From: Candidatus Iainarchaeum sp.
Lineage (GTDB): Archaea > Iainarchaeota > Iainarchaeia > Iainarchaeales > JAXPJC01
Assembly (NCBI GenBank): GCA_016187745.1
Contig: JACPJC010000006.1
Location: forward strand, 32,001 to 96,000
Direction of reading: 5' to 3'
DNA: 64,000 bases
A model generated the notes under the pieces. The model searched no databases, was not told the DNA's origin, and was given only the letters and a program-made list of their open reading frames with translations. Positions within the stretch are counted from its first letter, which is position 1, and each line of letters starts with the position of its first letter. This document shows, piece after piece, positions 1-9,387 of this stretch. The position numbers were made by a program, and so were the translations under genes.

Positions 1-1
1 A

Positions 2-388
2 AAGGCTGCAGATGTTCTGCATAGCACGCAAGTTATGGAAAAATATCTCAGAAAGAGGCACTATAAGGTTGGGGAGTTTAATGTGCGCGTAATCAAGCCA
101 ATGCTGCTGTACGAGCCAACCGGGGGCAAGACCTATGTTGCAACAGAATTTTACAAGGAGGGGGATGTGATATTAATTTATGATATGGAATACCATAACT
201 TCGCAGACTATCGCGGGATAAAAGGCGGTTTGAAATACGGAAGAGACCTGAGATTCAGCGAGCTGAGAAAGACAATTCAGGCCATACGGATGGATGATGA
301 AAACAAAGCGGGAGATGTGTTTACTCACAATGCATTTTATCAGCCTAAAACAAACACAATTTTGCTATTTGATTTGCGCAGGCACTAA
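2..388 (+). CDS. 5'-partial hypothetical protein with a protein-kinase-like C-terminal motif
   Basis: Frame is open from the window edge (aag gct gca gat...) through the ATG at 35. GDVFTHNAFY...LLFDL resembles the kinase DxxxxN loop and D-x-x motif. Confidence 0.5.
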   Translation, partial: KAADVLHSTQVMEKYLRKRHYKVGEFNVRVIKPMLLYEPTGGKTYVATEFYKEGDVILIYDMEYHNFADYRGIKGGLKYGRDLRFSELRKTIQAIRMDDENKAGDVFTHNAFYQPKTNTILLFDLRRH

Positions 389-394
389 TGAGGG

Positions 395-850
395 ATGGAA
401 AAAATGAAACTCGCAATTGCTTCCGACCATGGCGGATTTGAATTGAAAAATTACATAATGGAATCTTTAGTAAAGGAGAAATACGATATTGAGGATTTCG
501 GCTGCGACAGCGCGGAGAGCTGCGATTATCCTGATTATGCGCTGAAGGTCGCGGATGCGGTTGCTTGCGGAAACGCTGAATTCGGAATTCTTGTCTGCGG
601 CACAGGAATCGGGATGTCAATGGCGGCAAACAAAGTGAGGGGAATCCGCGCCGCAGTTGCAAGCAGCGCGGAGCAGGCAAAACTTGCGAGGGAGCACAAC
701 AATGCGAATGTTCTCTGCATCGGGGGAAGGATTTTGCAGAAAGAGCAGGCGGAGCAAATAGTTAAAACCTTTCTCACTACATATTTTACAAATGAGGAAA
801 GGCATTTGAGAAGGGTAAATAAAATAATGGAAATTGAAAAATTAAAATAA
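395..850 (+). CDS. rpiB: ribose-5-phosphate isomerase B
   Basis: IASDHGG, DYPD, CGTGIGMSMAANK, REHNNAN, RHLRRV motifs. Confidence 0.95.
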   Translation: MEKMKLAIASDHGGFELKNYIMESLVKEKYDIEDFGCDSAESCDYPDYALKVADAVACGNAEFGILVCGTGIGMSMAANKVRGIRAAVASSAEQAKLAREHNNANVLCIGGRILQKEQAEQIVKTFLTTYFTNEERHLRRVNKIMEIEKLK

Positions 851-866
851 AAAATGTGCTGCAAAG

Positions 867-984
867 GTTCATTTCTGTTCACATCCCTGCTTATTAACCT
901 GCTCATTCGGTGCATTCGGCCATAAAAAAGGTGTTTTTTGGACATTTGCCTTGTTCATTCCTGTTCAGCCCCCTGCTTATTAAC
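867..984 (+). repeat. 32-bp imperfect direct repeat (867-898, 953-984) containing GTTCA-N5-GTTCA and TTATTAA
   Basis: gttcatttctgttcacatccctgcttattaac vs gttcattcctgttcagccccctgcttattaac, 28/32 identical. Confidence 0.8.
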
Positions 985-1005
985 AGTTCATGTGCATATC
1001 TGGCT

Positions 1006-3777
1006 ATGGAAAAAGTGGTTTTTGGGCATTGGAAGACTGCAGCAACCTTTTTGTTTGTGTTGCTGGCAATTAGCTTTGCTTATGCCATAGATTTCAATAT
1101 TTTTTACATTGACGGCAATGCGGATAATGGCGGCTTGCCTGCTTTTTCATTTGTGAGAGACGGCAATCTTAGGATAGATTTGAATGTAAGGGACAATAAC
1201 TATGGTATATTACTTTTGGATTTAAATTATTCAACATCAAGATATACGTACGGAACGCCAATTGTTGATGATTTGAACCTCAACTCTTATGCAGGCTGCC
1301 AGGACAATAATTTCATTGATTCAACCCGATGCTCAGTGTATTTTGATATAGGCGCAATTGCAGACGGAAACTATTTTATAAGCGGTGCGGCAAGGGACAC
1401 TTTTGGGGGCGCAGGGTCTTTTGCCTATGATATTTCAGACAACAACTTCATGGTTGACAATACTGTTCCAATAACAACAGATGACGCAAATGCCGGATGG
1501 CAGAATTTTAATGCAAATGTAAGAATAACCTGCAATGATGGAAACGGCTCAAGCTGTACAATATGGGGAAGTGCTCTTAATTATTATAGGAAAGATACTG
1601 ATCTTTCAGCAGCGGTTTCATATGGGGCATGGCAAATATATAACTTATCCCCCATACCATTCACCGCGGACGGAAACTGGGCTTTGGACTATTACACAAT
1701 AGATAGGGCTGGAAATGCGGAAACAATAAAAACCACTTATGTGCTAATAGACAAAACATCCCCGGATATAAATATTGTCCAGCCTGCCGGAAACAGCACT
1801 TCAAGCAATCTCCTGTGGTTTGAGGTAAGCAAAGGATATGGCTCTGACATCAATGCAAATACAATAAAAGCAGACATAAATGGTGTAGCAAGCGACCTCA
1901 ATTTCTCACAACATTGTGTAGAAACAGGCGAAGGATACAAATGCTCATGGGCAGAATCAAGCCTTGCTTCGGGAAATGATTACAACTTGGCTGTTTTTGC
2001 AAAAGACAATGTTGAATGGAGAGCAACAGCACAAAGGGTATTTACATATACAATTCCTGCGCCGGGCTCGTTGCCTGACATAAACATTAACTATATTGAC
2101 GGCCATGCAGACAGTAATGCCTTGCCTACCTTCTCATATGCGAGAGATGGCTTAATCACCATAGATTTCAATGTTGCAGATGTAACACCTGCCTCGTTTA
2201 TTTTGGACATGAATTACTCCACTTCAAATGTAAATGGAACTGGCGCTGCAATAGCTGATGATTTGAACCTTGACTCCTATGCGGGATGCGATGACACAAA
2301 CTTCTTGGATTCAACGCACTGCAGCATTGATTGGAATGCAATGGGCATTGCTGACGGGAATTACTATATTCTTGTATCACTGAGAAGCAGCCCGGATACT
2401 GCAATTGAATCATCCGATAATAATTTCTTAATTGACAACACAAAACCGGTTATTGCATTTACTTTGCCCGCGTCCGGAGAAATGATCACAAATACATTTA
2501 CAGTTAAATTTGATATAAATGATTCTGGCGGAAGCGGAGTGGACGGCGATAATGTTTTCTTTGATACAAATGCCACAGATATAAATACTGCAATTGTGAT
2601 TGGAAGCGGCTCATGGGATATGAATTATATTGCTACATATACGGTCTCAAATGTTCCGGATGGTGATTATAATGTAACAATACGTGCAGTGGATAAGGCT
2701 GGAAACCAGGCTGATCAGAACACTGCATTAATTCATTATGACACAAATGCCCCAAGCGTAAGCATTGAGTCTGTTTCAACAAGTTCGGATTCTGCAACAA
2801 TAACCTATTCGGGCTTTGATTCCGGCTCTGGAATCAAGGAGTACTGGATTAGGCTTGATTATGAAGAATCCCTAAGTGGAAGCTGGGAGAGTAATGGAAC
2901 TGCAACAAGCAAAACCTATAGCGGCTTGAGCGCAGGCTCATACACCTTCTATTTAAAAGCAACTGATTATGCTGATTCAAACAGCCCTGATGCCAATACC
3001 AATTTCACTATAAGCGCCAGCAATGGAGGGAACCCCGGAGGGGGGCCTGGTGGAGGTCCAGGCGGAGGCCCCAGCCCGCCCACCCCGACTCTGCAGTGCA
3101 CTGATACAGACAACAGCGATGATTTATTCGCTTTTGGATACGCCTATGCAAAAAGAGGGAATTCGCCAATGACGCTTTTGCAGCTGGATAAGTGCTCGGA
3201 CAAGGACAACCCAAATGAAATGAAATATGATATCATAGAGGCAATATGCATACACGAGCAGCCGAAAGGCGCTCCAAGAAATTGCCCGGAGAATTATCAT
3301 TGCGGAACATCCCCACAAACCATAAATGACACAGCATATCTGCTTGCTGCATGCGTGCCTGATGAAAATGCAGAAGAGGCAGGCGAAGAGGGGCCGTTTG
3401 AAAGCTTCAGCGAGCAGGTGGCTGAAAAACTTGCAGAACTGAGGGAAAATTTAAGTGAAAAACTGGCTGAATTTATGGAAGGCAATCCTATCATAAGCGG
3501 CCTGGTTTCGCTTGTTCTGGAAAAGAGGGCAATAGCCTCGGAAAGGGAGAGGGTAATAAGGAACTTTAATGTAAGTGATGCTGAGATAGTGGAGGGGGTT
3601 GAAGAAATTGCCTCGGAAGAAATCAATTTGGAGCAGTTTGAATCTGAGCTAAAGCTTTTCTCGGGGCACTTCAAAAAGCACCTTTATCTCGCGCTGAAGG
3701 ACGGCTCAGAAGAAGAAAAAAAATTGCTTTACAAACAGATAAAAAGCTATCTAAGCGAGGTAGAAAGGGAGTCATGA
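1006..3777 (+). CDS. large secreted Ig-like repeat surface protein, D-x-N rich
   Basis: ATG 1006 followed by signal peptide (TFLFVLLAISFAYA). DNTxP and DxAGN Ig-like boundaries, internal duplicated domain, Gly/Pro linker, Cys module, charged C-terminus. Confidence 0.8.
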   Translation: MEKVVFGHWKTAATFLFVLLAISFAYAIDFNIFYIDGNADNGGLPAFSFVRDGNLRIDLNVRDNNYGILLLDLNYSTSRYTYGTPIVDDLNLNSYAGCQDNNFIDSTRCSVYFDIGAIADGNYFISGAARDTFGGAGSFAYDISDNNFMVDNTVPITTDDANAGWQNFNANVRITCNDGNGSSCTIWGSALNYYRKDTDLSAAVSYGAWQIYNLSPIPFTADGNWALDYYTIDRAGNAETIKTTYVLIDKTSPDINIVQPAGNSTSSNLLWFEVSKGYGSDINANTIKADINGVASDLNFSQHCVETGEGYKCSWAESSLASGNDYNLAVFAKDNVEWRATAQRVFTYTIPAPGSLPDININYIDGHADSNALPTFSYARDGLITIDFNVADVTPASFILDMNYSTSNVNGTGAAIADDLNLDSYAGCDDTNFLDSTHCSIDWNAMGIADGNYYILVSLRSSPDTAIESSDNNFLIDNTKPVIAFTLPASGEMITNTFTVKFDINDSGGSGVDGDNVFFDTNATDINTAIVIGSGSWDMNYIATYTVSNVPDGDYNVTIRAVDKAGNQADQNTALIHYDTNAPSVSIESVSTSSDSATITYSGFDSGSGIKEYWIRLDYEESLSGSWESNGTATSKTYSGLSAGSYTFYLKATDYADSNSPDANTNFTISASNGGNPGGGPGGGPGGGPSPPTPTLQCTDTDNSDDLFAFGYAYAKRGNSPMTLLQLDKCSDKDNPNEMKYDIIEAICIHEQPKGAPRNCPENYHCGTSPQTINDTAYLLAACVPDENAEEAGEEGPFESFSEQVAEKLAELRENLSEKLAEFMEGNPIISGLVSLVLEKRAIASERERVIRNFNVSDAEIVEGVEEIASEEINLEQFESELKLFSGHFKKHLYLALKDGSEEEKKLLYKQIKSYLSEVERES

Positions 3778-3856
3778 ATTAACTCTGTTCAATGAAAAAG
3801 TTTTTATAAACAACTTAAAGTAATAATATATGGCACATATGGGGTGAGGGAAAGAA

Positions 3857-4711
3857 ATGAATCTGGCTAAATGCTGTTCAATCCTGTTCATAGTATTATA
3901 CATAATGGGAAGTGCACTTGCGGTTTCTGCAGATTATGATGTGAAAATATCTGAAAATGGCAATTCTCTTGTTATAATTAATATTTCAGGAAAGGACTGC
4001 TTTGATCTGCCATTGCCATTGGATGTTGCCGAGCCGAATGTAACTGGCGCCTTGTATGTATATTCAGAAAAGGGAGTTGAAGTGTGCATTGGCTCTACTG
4101 AAAGCGCGATAATTGTTTACAGGTCTGCACTGCTTACAGAGAAGACAGGGGGCTGGACATTCAAAATGGATTTGCCAGCTCTTGAAAAAGCATCTGCAAA
4201 GATCAATTTTCCGCAGAATGCCATTGTCACAAAAACAACCCCTTCTGCAAAAATTTGGCAGGCAGATGGCGCAAAATATGCAATTTACAATATCGGAAAT
4301 GCAACTTCAATAGAGGCAAAATACAAATTTGGAACTGCTGAAACTCCCGCCGCTGCAACTACCGGGTTTTACTTCCTTGCTCAAAACTATGGGCTCTACG
4401 GCATCCTGCTGCTTGTTGTAATAGCTGCTGCCCTTTCATACTTCTTTTATTTCAGCAAGAAGCTGGCAAAAATAACTCCGGGGCAGGAAAATGTTGCCAA
4501 AACCCTTACAGAGAATGAGGCAAAGGTTGTCAAAATGCTTCTTGAGAATAAAGGCAGCATTAAAAGAAACCAGCTTGAAAGGAGTTCCGAGCTTGCAAAG
4601 TCAAGCCTTGCTGCTGTGCTCTACAACCTTGAGAACAAGAATATTGTCGGGGTTGACAAGAGCAATACCGTGCATCATGTAAAACTGAGCGATTGGTTCA
4701 AAGGGCTTTAA
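3857..4711 (+). CDS. membrane-anchored winged-HTH regulator (COG2512-like)
   Basis: Signal peptide, extracellular domain, TM helix, then LTENEAKVV...RNQLERSSELAKSSLAAVLYNLENKNIV wHTH. SD-like GGGGTGAGG upstream. Confidence 0.75.
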   Translation: MNLAKCCSILFIVLYIMGSALAVSADYDVKISENGNSLVIINISGKDCFDLPLPLDVAEPNVTGALYVYSEKGVEVCIGSTESAIIVYRSALLTEKTGGWTFKMDLPALEKASAKINFPQNAIVTKTTPSAKIWQADGAKYAIYNIGNATSIEAKYKFGTAETPAAATTGFYFLAQNYGLYGILLLVVIAAALSYFFYFSKKLAKITPGQENVAKTLTENEAKVVKMLLENKGSIKRNQLERSSELAKSSLAAVLYNLENKNIVGVDKSNTVHHVKLSDWFKGL

Positions 4712-4757
4712 ACTGCTTTTTAATTATTTTGTTCTATTTTATCTATTGGTTTTTAGC

Positions 4758-6191
4758 ATGCAAACCTATAATAAAATTTCAGAGGGGATTTATGAAATTC
4801 CCAAGGATGCAGGGATGAAACTTCCCGCGCGCATTTATGCTACAGAGAAGCTGCTGAATGCAATTGAGAATGGCGCAATTCAGCAGCTGAAGAATGTTGC
4901 CTCTCTCCCTGGAGTGCAGAAATATGCAATTGGGGAAGCGGACATGCACTGGGGCTATGGGTTTCCCATTGGCGGGGTGGCGGGGATGAGTGTTGATGGG
5001 GGAGTTGTAAGCCCTGGCGGAGTTGGTTTTGACGTAAACTGCGGCGTCAGGCTGATAAAAACAAACATGGTTCTTTCTGATGTTAAGGGAAAGCTGCGCG
5101 AACTGCTGGATGTGCTTTTCAGGGAGATTCCTTCAGGATTGGGAAGCAAGGGAAAGCTGCGCCTGCAATCCGGGGAGCTGCGCGAGGCAATTGAGCAGGG
5201 CGCAAAATGGGCCGTCGGGAAGGGCTATGGGGCTGAAAAAGATTTGCAGTGCATTGAGGAATACGGCTGCATGAAGCAGGCAGATTCGGCAAAAGTCAGC
5301 GCGAGCGCGCTGCAGAGGGGCATGCCCCAATTTGGAACGCTCGGGAGCGGAAATCACTTCCTTGAAATCCAGCTTGTGGACAAGATTTTTGATGCGGAAA
5401 CCGCAAAGGCATTCGGGCTGTTTGAGGACCAAATTGTTGTGATGCTGCATACCGGGAGCAGGGGCTTCGGCCACCAGGTTGCAACGGATTATATTGCAGT
5501 AACGGACAGGGCAATGCAGAAATACGGAATTTCAGTTCCCGACAGGCAATTGGCTTGCGCGCCGATAAATTCGGATGAGGGGCAGGCCTACTTTGCGGCA
5601 ATGTGCTGCGCAGTTAATTACGCGTTCTGCAACCGCCAGGTCATGACCCATTGGATAAGGGAGAGCTTTGCAAAAGTTTTGGGAAATCCCTGGGAGGATT
5701 TGGGGATGGGGCTGCTTTATGACATCTGCCACAATGTTGCGAAACTGGAGGAGCATGAGGTTGAAGGGAAAATGAAGGAATTGCTGGTGCATAGGAAGGG
5801 CGCAACGCGCGCATTCCCTGCGGGGAGAAAGGAAAATCCTGAAATTTATGCAAAAACAGGCCATCCCGCAATAATTCCCGGGAGCATGGGAACAGCAAGC
5901 TATATCTGCGTTGGAACGCAGAAGGGATTGCAGGAAACTTTCGGAAGCGTTGCGCATGGCGCCGGGAGGGTGATGAGCAGGACTTCCGCAACAAGGCAGA
6001 GGCGGGGGGAAGAGGTGAAAAAGGCGCTTGAGGAAAAGGGCGAATTTGTAAGGGGCGCATCTGCCGAGGGATTGGCGGAGGAAGCGCCTGAGGCATACAA
6101 GGACATTGATGAGGTTGCGCTTTCAATTGAGCTGAGCGGAATCGGGAAGAAAGTCAGCAGGCATGTTCCGCTTGCGGTAATGAAGGGGTAG
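4758..6191 (+). CDS. rtcB: RNA-splicing ligase RtcB
   Basis: DMHWGYGFPIGGV, GFDVNCGVR, LGSGNHFLE, HTGSRG, HRKGATRA, HGAGR, EEAPEAYK. Confidence 0.97.
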   Translation: MQTYNKISEGIYEIPKDAGMKLPARIYATEKLLNAIENGAIQQLKNVASLPGVQKYAIGEADMHWGYGFPIGGVAGMSVDGGVVSPGGVGFDVNCGVRLIKTNMVLSDVKGKLRELLDVLFREIPSGLGSKGKLRLQSGELREAIEQGAKWAVGKGYGAEKDLQCIEEYGCMKQADSAKVSASALQRGMPQFGTLGSGNHFLEIQLVDKIFDAETAKAFGLFEDQIVVMLHTGSRGFGHQVATDYIAVTDRAMQKYGISVPDRQLACAPINSDEGQAYFAAMCCAVNYAFCNRQVMTHWIRESFAKVLGNPWEDLGMGLLYDICHNVAKLEEHEVEGKMKELLVHRKGATRAFPAGRKENPEIYAKTGHPAIIPGSMGTASYICVGTQKGLQETFGSVAHGAGRVMSRTSATRQRRGEEVKKALEEKGEFVRGASAEGLAEEAPEAYKDIDEVALSIELSGIGKKVSRHVPLAVMKG

Positions 6192-6250
6192 TTTTTTAAT
6201 GTCTATTGTCTATAATATACTATAGGAAGTTATAGAATAGGAGGATTATT

Positions 6251-6499
6251 ATGACTCATTTGACAACAATCCAATTGGACAAGTCTACAAAAAATCAGCT
6301 TGACAAGTTGAAGGAATACAAAAGAGAGACCTATGACGAGGTAGTGAAAAATCTGGTTGAGGTTGCTGAAATTCTAAAAAAAGAGCCCGAATTAAAAGAA
6401 GAAGTGTTGGAAGAAATTGCTGAAGCGAGAAAACATATCAGAATGGGCAAAGGACTGACAACTAAACAGCTAATTGCTGAGCTGGGCATAAAAATATGA
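6251..6499 (+). CDS. putative antitoxin (archaeal RelB/RHH-like)
   Basis: TTIQL...LDKLK...RETYDEVV N-terminus. 4-bp overlap with the RelE-like gene. Confidence 0.75.
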   Translation: MTHLTTIQLDKSTKNQLDKLKEYKRETYDEVVKNLVEVAEILKKEPELKEEVLEEIAEARKHIRMGKGLTTKQLIAELGIKI

Positions 6500-6759
6500 C
6501 ATATTCTGTAATCTGGTCGCCCAAAAGCAAAGAGAAACTCGAGAAATTTGAAAAGGATGTTGCAGCAAGAATAATCAGGAAGGTTTCAGACATTAGTGAA
6601 AATCCTGAGCCGTATCTTATAAAACTTACTAATTCTGATGCATTTCGCTTAAGAGTCGGGGATTATAGGGTGGTCGTTGACCTGCTGAAAGACAAAAAAG
6701 AACTGCATGTAATTACTCTCGGGCACAGAAGAAACATTTACAAAGAGTTTGGTAGATAG
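6496..6759 (+). CDS. relE: RelE/ParE family toxin
   Basis: 87 aa basic protein with FRLRVGDYRVV and GHRRNIY motifs. Confidence 0.88.
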   Translation: MTYSVIWSPKSKEKLEKFEKDVAARIIRKVSDISENPEPYLIKLTNSDAFRLRVGDYRVVVDLLKDKKELHVITLGHRRNIYKEFGR

Positions 6760-6817
6760 AGATTATAATTGCAAGAAGTCAGCAGGCATGTTCCGCTTGC
6801 TGTAATGAAGGGATAAT

Positions 6818-7276
6818 GTGGATATAAAATATAAAGAAGTAGAAATAATTAGTGAATTTATTGATGCAATTAGACTTCGGGTTGATGTATTTATCATAGA
6901 ACAGGGTTTCAAGCCAGGATGGGAACCGGATGAAGATGATAAAATATCCAGACATTTTATAGCAATGGCTGATGATAAGGTTGTTGCAACAGCCAGATTC
7001 AGGGAAATTGGAAAAAGTGAAATAAAAATTGAAAGGATGGTGACAAAGAAAGAATATCGTGGGAAGGGTATTAGCAGAGGACTTGTTAAATTCATGATTG
7101 AAGAGATAAAAAAACTTAAACCCAAGAAAATATGGCTGAGAAGCCAGGTGCAATCGCAGCCATTTTATGAAAAATGCGGATTTAAAGCTGTTTCTGGGCC
7201 GTTCGATATGTGGGGGGTGCAACATATTGATCTGGAGTATCAAAGCAACAATTCACTAATTCACTATAAACCCTAA
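6818..7276 (+). CDS. GNAT N-acetyltransferase (ElaA/YjcF-like)
   Basis: LRVDVFIIEQ, IERMV...YRGKGI, FYEKCGF, QHIDL. Confidence 0.85.
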   Translation: MDIKYKEVEIISEFIDAIRLRVDVFIIEQGFKPGWEPDEDDKISRHFIAMADDKVVATARFREIGKSEIKIERMVTKKEYRGKGISRGLVKFMIEEIKKLKPKKIWLRSQVQSQPFYEKCGFKAVSGPFDMWGVQHIDLEYQSNNSLIHYKP

Positions 7277-7317
7277 CATTTATATACACTAAGCGCTACA
7301 ATCTATTATTAGATATA

Positions 7318-9204
7318 ATGGCAGGATTTGGGGGAGTCAGGAAGTTTGGGCAGTATGGCGTGATTCTGCTAGTTCTGGTTCTGTTTGGCACTTACGCAAG
7401 CGCAGAGCCTTTCTGCGGGGAAGTAAGTTTTTCAGTTTATCCCATAAGCATAACCTCAGGAACATCAATTGACAGGACGTTTGCGCTGCAGAACAATTCT
7501 GCCGAGGGGTTTTACATTGATGATTTCAATGCCTATGACATTGATGCCGATTTTAATGTGATTAAATTGAGCAATGACTCTTATGCCGGCCCGAATGCAA
7601 CTGCAAGCTTATACATAAATATTTCCGCCTCTTCGGGGGTAAGCTCAAAAACCTCCAGCGCATATGCGAAAGTGAACGGGCATTTTGCCTCAGGGAAGGC
7701 TTGCGATTACAATGCGCTTGGGGAGAAGACCTTTGGAATTACAATTACAGGGGGAATTGTCGCAGTGGATGCGGAATGCACGAAAGTGAAAATTAGCGCG
7801 CATGCGGTAGGCATGGGAGAAAATTCTTCCGTTGCCGAAACATTCACCCTGCAGAACAATTCCTCGCAGAATTTCTATATTGATTCATTCATGGTTGATG
7901 AGAATTCAAATGATGTTTTTGCAATCGAGCAGGGATATGGGGATGTTGCAAATGCGAACGGGACAGCAGACCTGAGCCTGAAGGTTGAGTCCTATTCCAC
8001 AAGCGAAAACAAGACCGCAACAGCGTATGCGAAAGTCGCGGGGCATTTCACCTCCGGAACGCAGTGCAATTCAAATGCGATCGGGGAAACCGGCTTCAGC
8101 ATTTATGTTGCGGGAAGCGCAAGCACAAACTGCAATGATTTCCTGCTGTCAGTCCCTTCAGAAAAAAGGATGCTGAATTCTGCGGAAATTGGGATTGCCG
8201 CTGAAAATCCTACTCAGAGCTCAGCCACAATAACAATTTCAGGAGGCAATATCGGGGTGAATCAGAGCACCGTAAGCGTGCCTGCGGGGGAAACAATAAG
8301 CAAAACGCTCACGCTCAGCAATCTTGAGGGGGATGAGGCATGGCTTGCTTATGATGTTATATTGGAGAACTGCAATATCCCTTCAGGAATCACGCACATA
8401 GTGAAGGGCGCGGATTACGTTGAAGTTGCACATTACAATTCCGCAGTTGAGATTGAGGATGAGGCTAATGTGAAAGTGGAACTGAAAAACAATTCCCCGG
8501 ACGCAAAGCAGTTTGCGCTTGCAATAACAGGATTGCCCGCGGATTGGGAAGTGCAGTATCTGCAGGGCTCGCTGGAAGGGGAGGAAACGCGCGCAGTTGT
8601 TTTGGGGGTTAGGCAGAAGAATGCCGTTTTCGGGAATTCCTATGCCGCAAAGCTTGTCCTGAGCTATGATTCAGCGCAGGTTGAGAGGGATATTGAATTC
8701 AGCGCGATGCGCTCAGGGCAGATTGAGAATGCAAGCATACAGACAAGCGTTGTGCAGAAGGACGATGAAAAGGGCAGCTACGAGGTAAGTGTTGTAGTTG
8801 AAAATGGTTCAGCAAGCGGAATTTCAGGCGCAATAGAAATTGAAGTTCCGGGAAACTGGGAAGTGGAAGGCGCAAAGGAGATTGCTGTTCCCGCAGGAGG
8901 GGCCGCGCAGACAACACTGACTGTAATTCCTGACAAGGCGCAGAAGGCAGGGGAAATAGGAAGCGTCAGTTTTGTTGCGAGGGATGGGAGGAAACTTGAG
9001 GAATTTGTGAGCTTCACCCCAAAAGGGGTTGCGGCATCCGTAGCATTTGCGGCATTTGCAACAAATGCTGTGTTTTTCGGCTTCATTGCAATCATTGTAG
9101 TTGCAATCATCTTCGTTCACAGGGGCAGGATTTCAGGAACAAGGAGGGAAAGCGTGGAATGGCCCTATAATTGGGGGAAAGAAGCCGGAGAAAAACCTTT
9201 TTAA
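7318..9204 (+). CDS. surface glycoprotein with Ig-like domains and C-terminal TM anchor
   Basis: Signal peptide, two repeated N-terminal domains, many N-x-S/T sequons, C-terminal hydrophobic helix. Confidence 0.75.
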   Translation: MAGFGGVRKFGQYGVILLVLVLFGTYASAEPFCGEVSFSVYPISITSGTSIDRTFALQNNSAEGFYIDDFNAYDIDADFNVIKLSNDSYAGPNATASLYINISASSGVSSKTSSAYAKVNGHFASGKACDYNALGEKTFGITITGGIVAVDAECTKVKISAHAVGMGENSSVAETFTLQNNSSQNFYIDSFMVDENSNDVFAIEQGYGDVANANGTADLSLKVESYSTSENKTATAYAKVAGHFTSGTQCNSNAIGETGFSIYVAGSASTNCNDFLLSVPSEKRMLNSAEIGIAAENPTQSSATITISGGNIGVNQSTVSVPAGETISKTLTLSNLEGDEAWLAYDVILENCNIPSGITHIVKGADYVEVAHYNSAVEIEDEANVKVELKNNSPDAKQFALAITGLPADWEVQYLQGSLEGEETRAVVLGVRQKNAVFGNSYAAKLVLSYDSAQVERDIEFSAMRSGQIENASIQTSVVQKDDEKGSYEVSVVVENGSASGISGAIEIEVPGNWEVEGAKEIAVPAGGAAQTTLTVIPDKAQKAGEIGSVSFVARDGRKLEEFVSFTPKGVAASVAFAAFATNAVFFGFIAIIVVAIIFVHRGRISGTRRESVEWPYNWGKEAGEKPF

Positions 9205-9315
9205 ACCCTTTTCATCGCTTATATTATATAATATTATTGTAAACTGTATCCCTCGCGAACCGCACGGGATATAACTACAAAAAACACACGTTTTTTGTTT
9301 TTGAAAATGCAGCAG

Positions 9316-9345
9316 GGAAGGTATCGGAAACGCAGTTTCTGATTG
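9316..9345 (+). repeat. hairpin micro-element family A, copy 1
   Basis: ggaaggt-atcggaaac-gca-gtttctgat-tg. Identical to the reverse complement of 26952-26981. Confidence 0.85.
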
Positions 9346-9387
9346 TGCTGTGCTGCAATGCAGTTTATATTAGCCTGGTGAATCTGA

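Larger units (their letters stand above)
6151..6812 (+). repeat. 37-bp direct repeat (6151-6187, 6776-6812) of the rtcB 3' end bracketing the TA module
   Basis: aagtcagcaggcatgttccgcttgc(g/t)gtaatgaaggg, 36/37 identical. Confidence 0.9.

Noticed and set aside
867-984. Mini CRISPR array (32-bp repeat, 54-bp spacer)
   Set aside because: Only two imperfect copies, each containing a TATA-like box, and no cas1 or cas2 nearby. A duplicated promoter or operator fits better.
910-1005. N-terminal extension of the 955-aa ORF from GTG 910
   Set aside because: It runs through the promoter-like repeat. ATG 1006 directly precedes a signal peptide.
6818-7317. Integron-like array of cassettes at rtcB
   Set aside because: No third copy of the rtcB end after the GNAT gene, no attC-like sites and no integrase.
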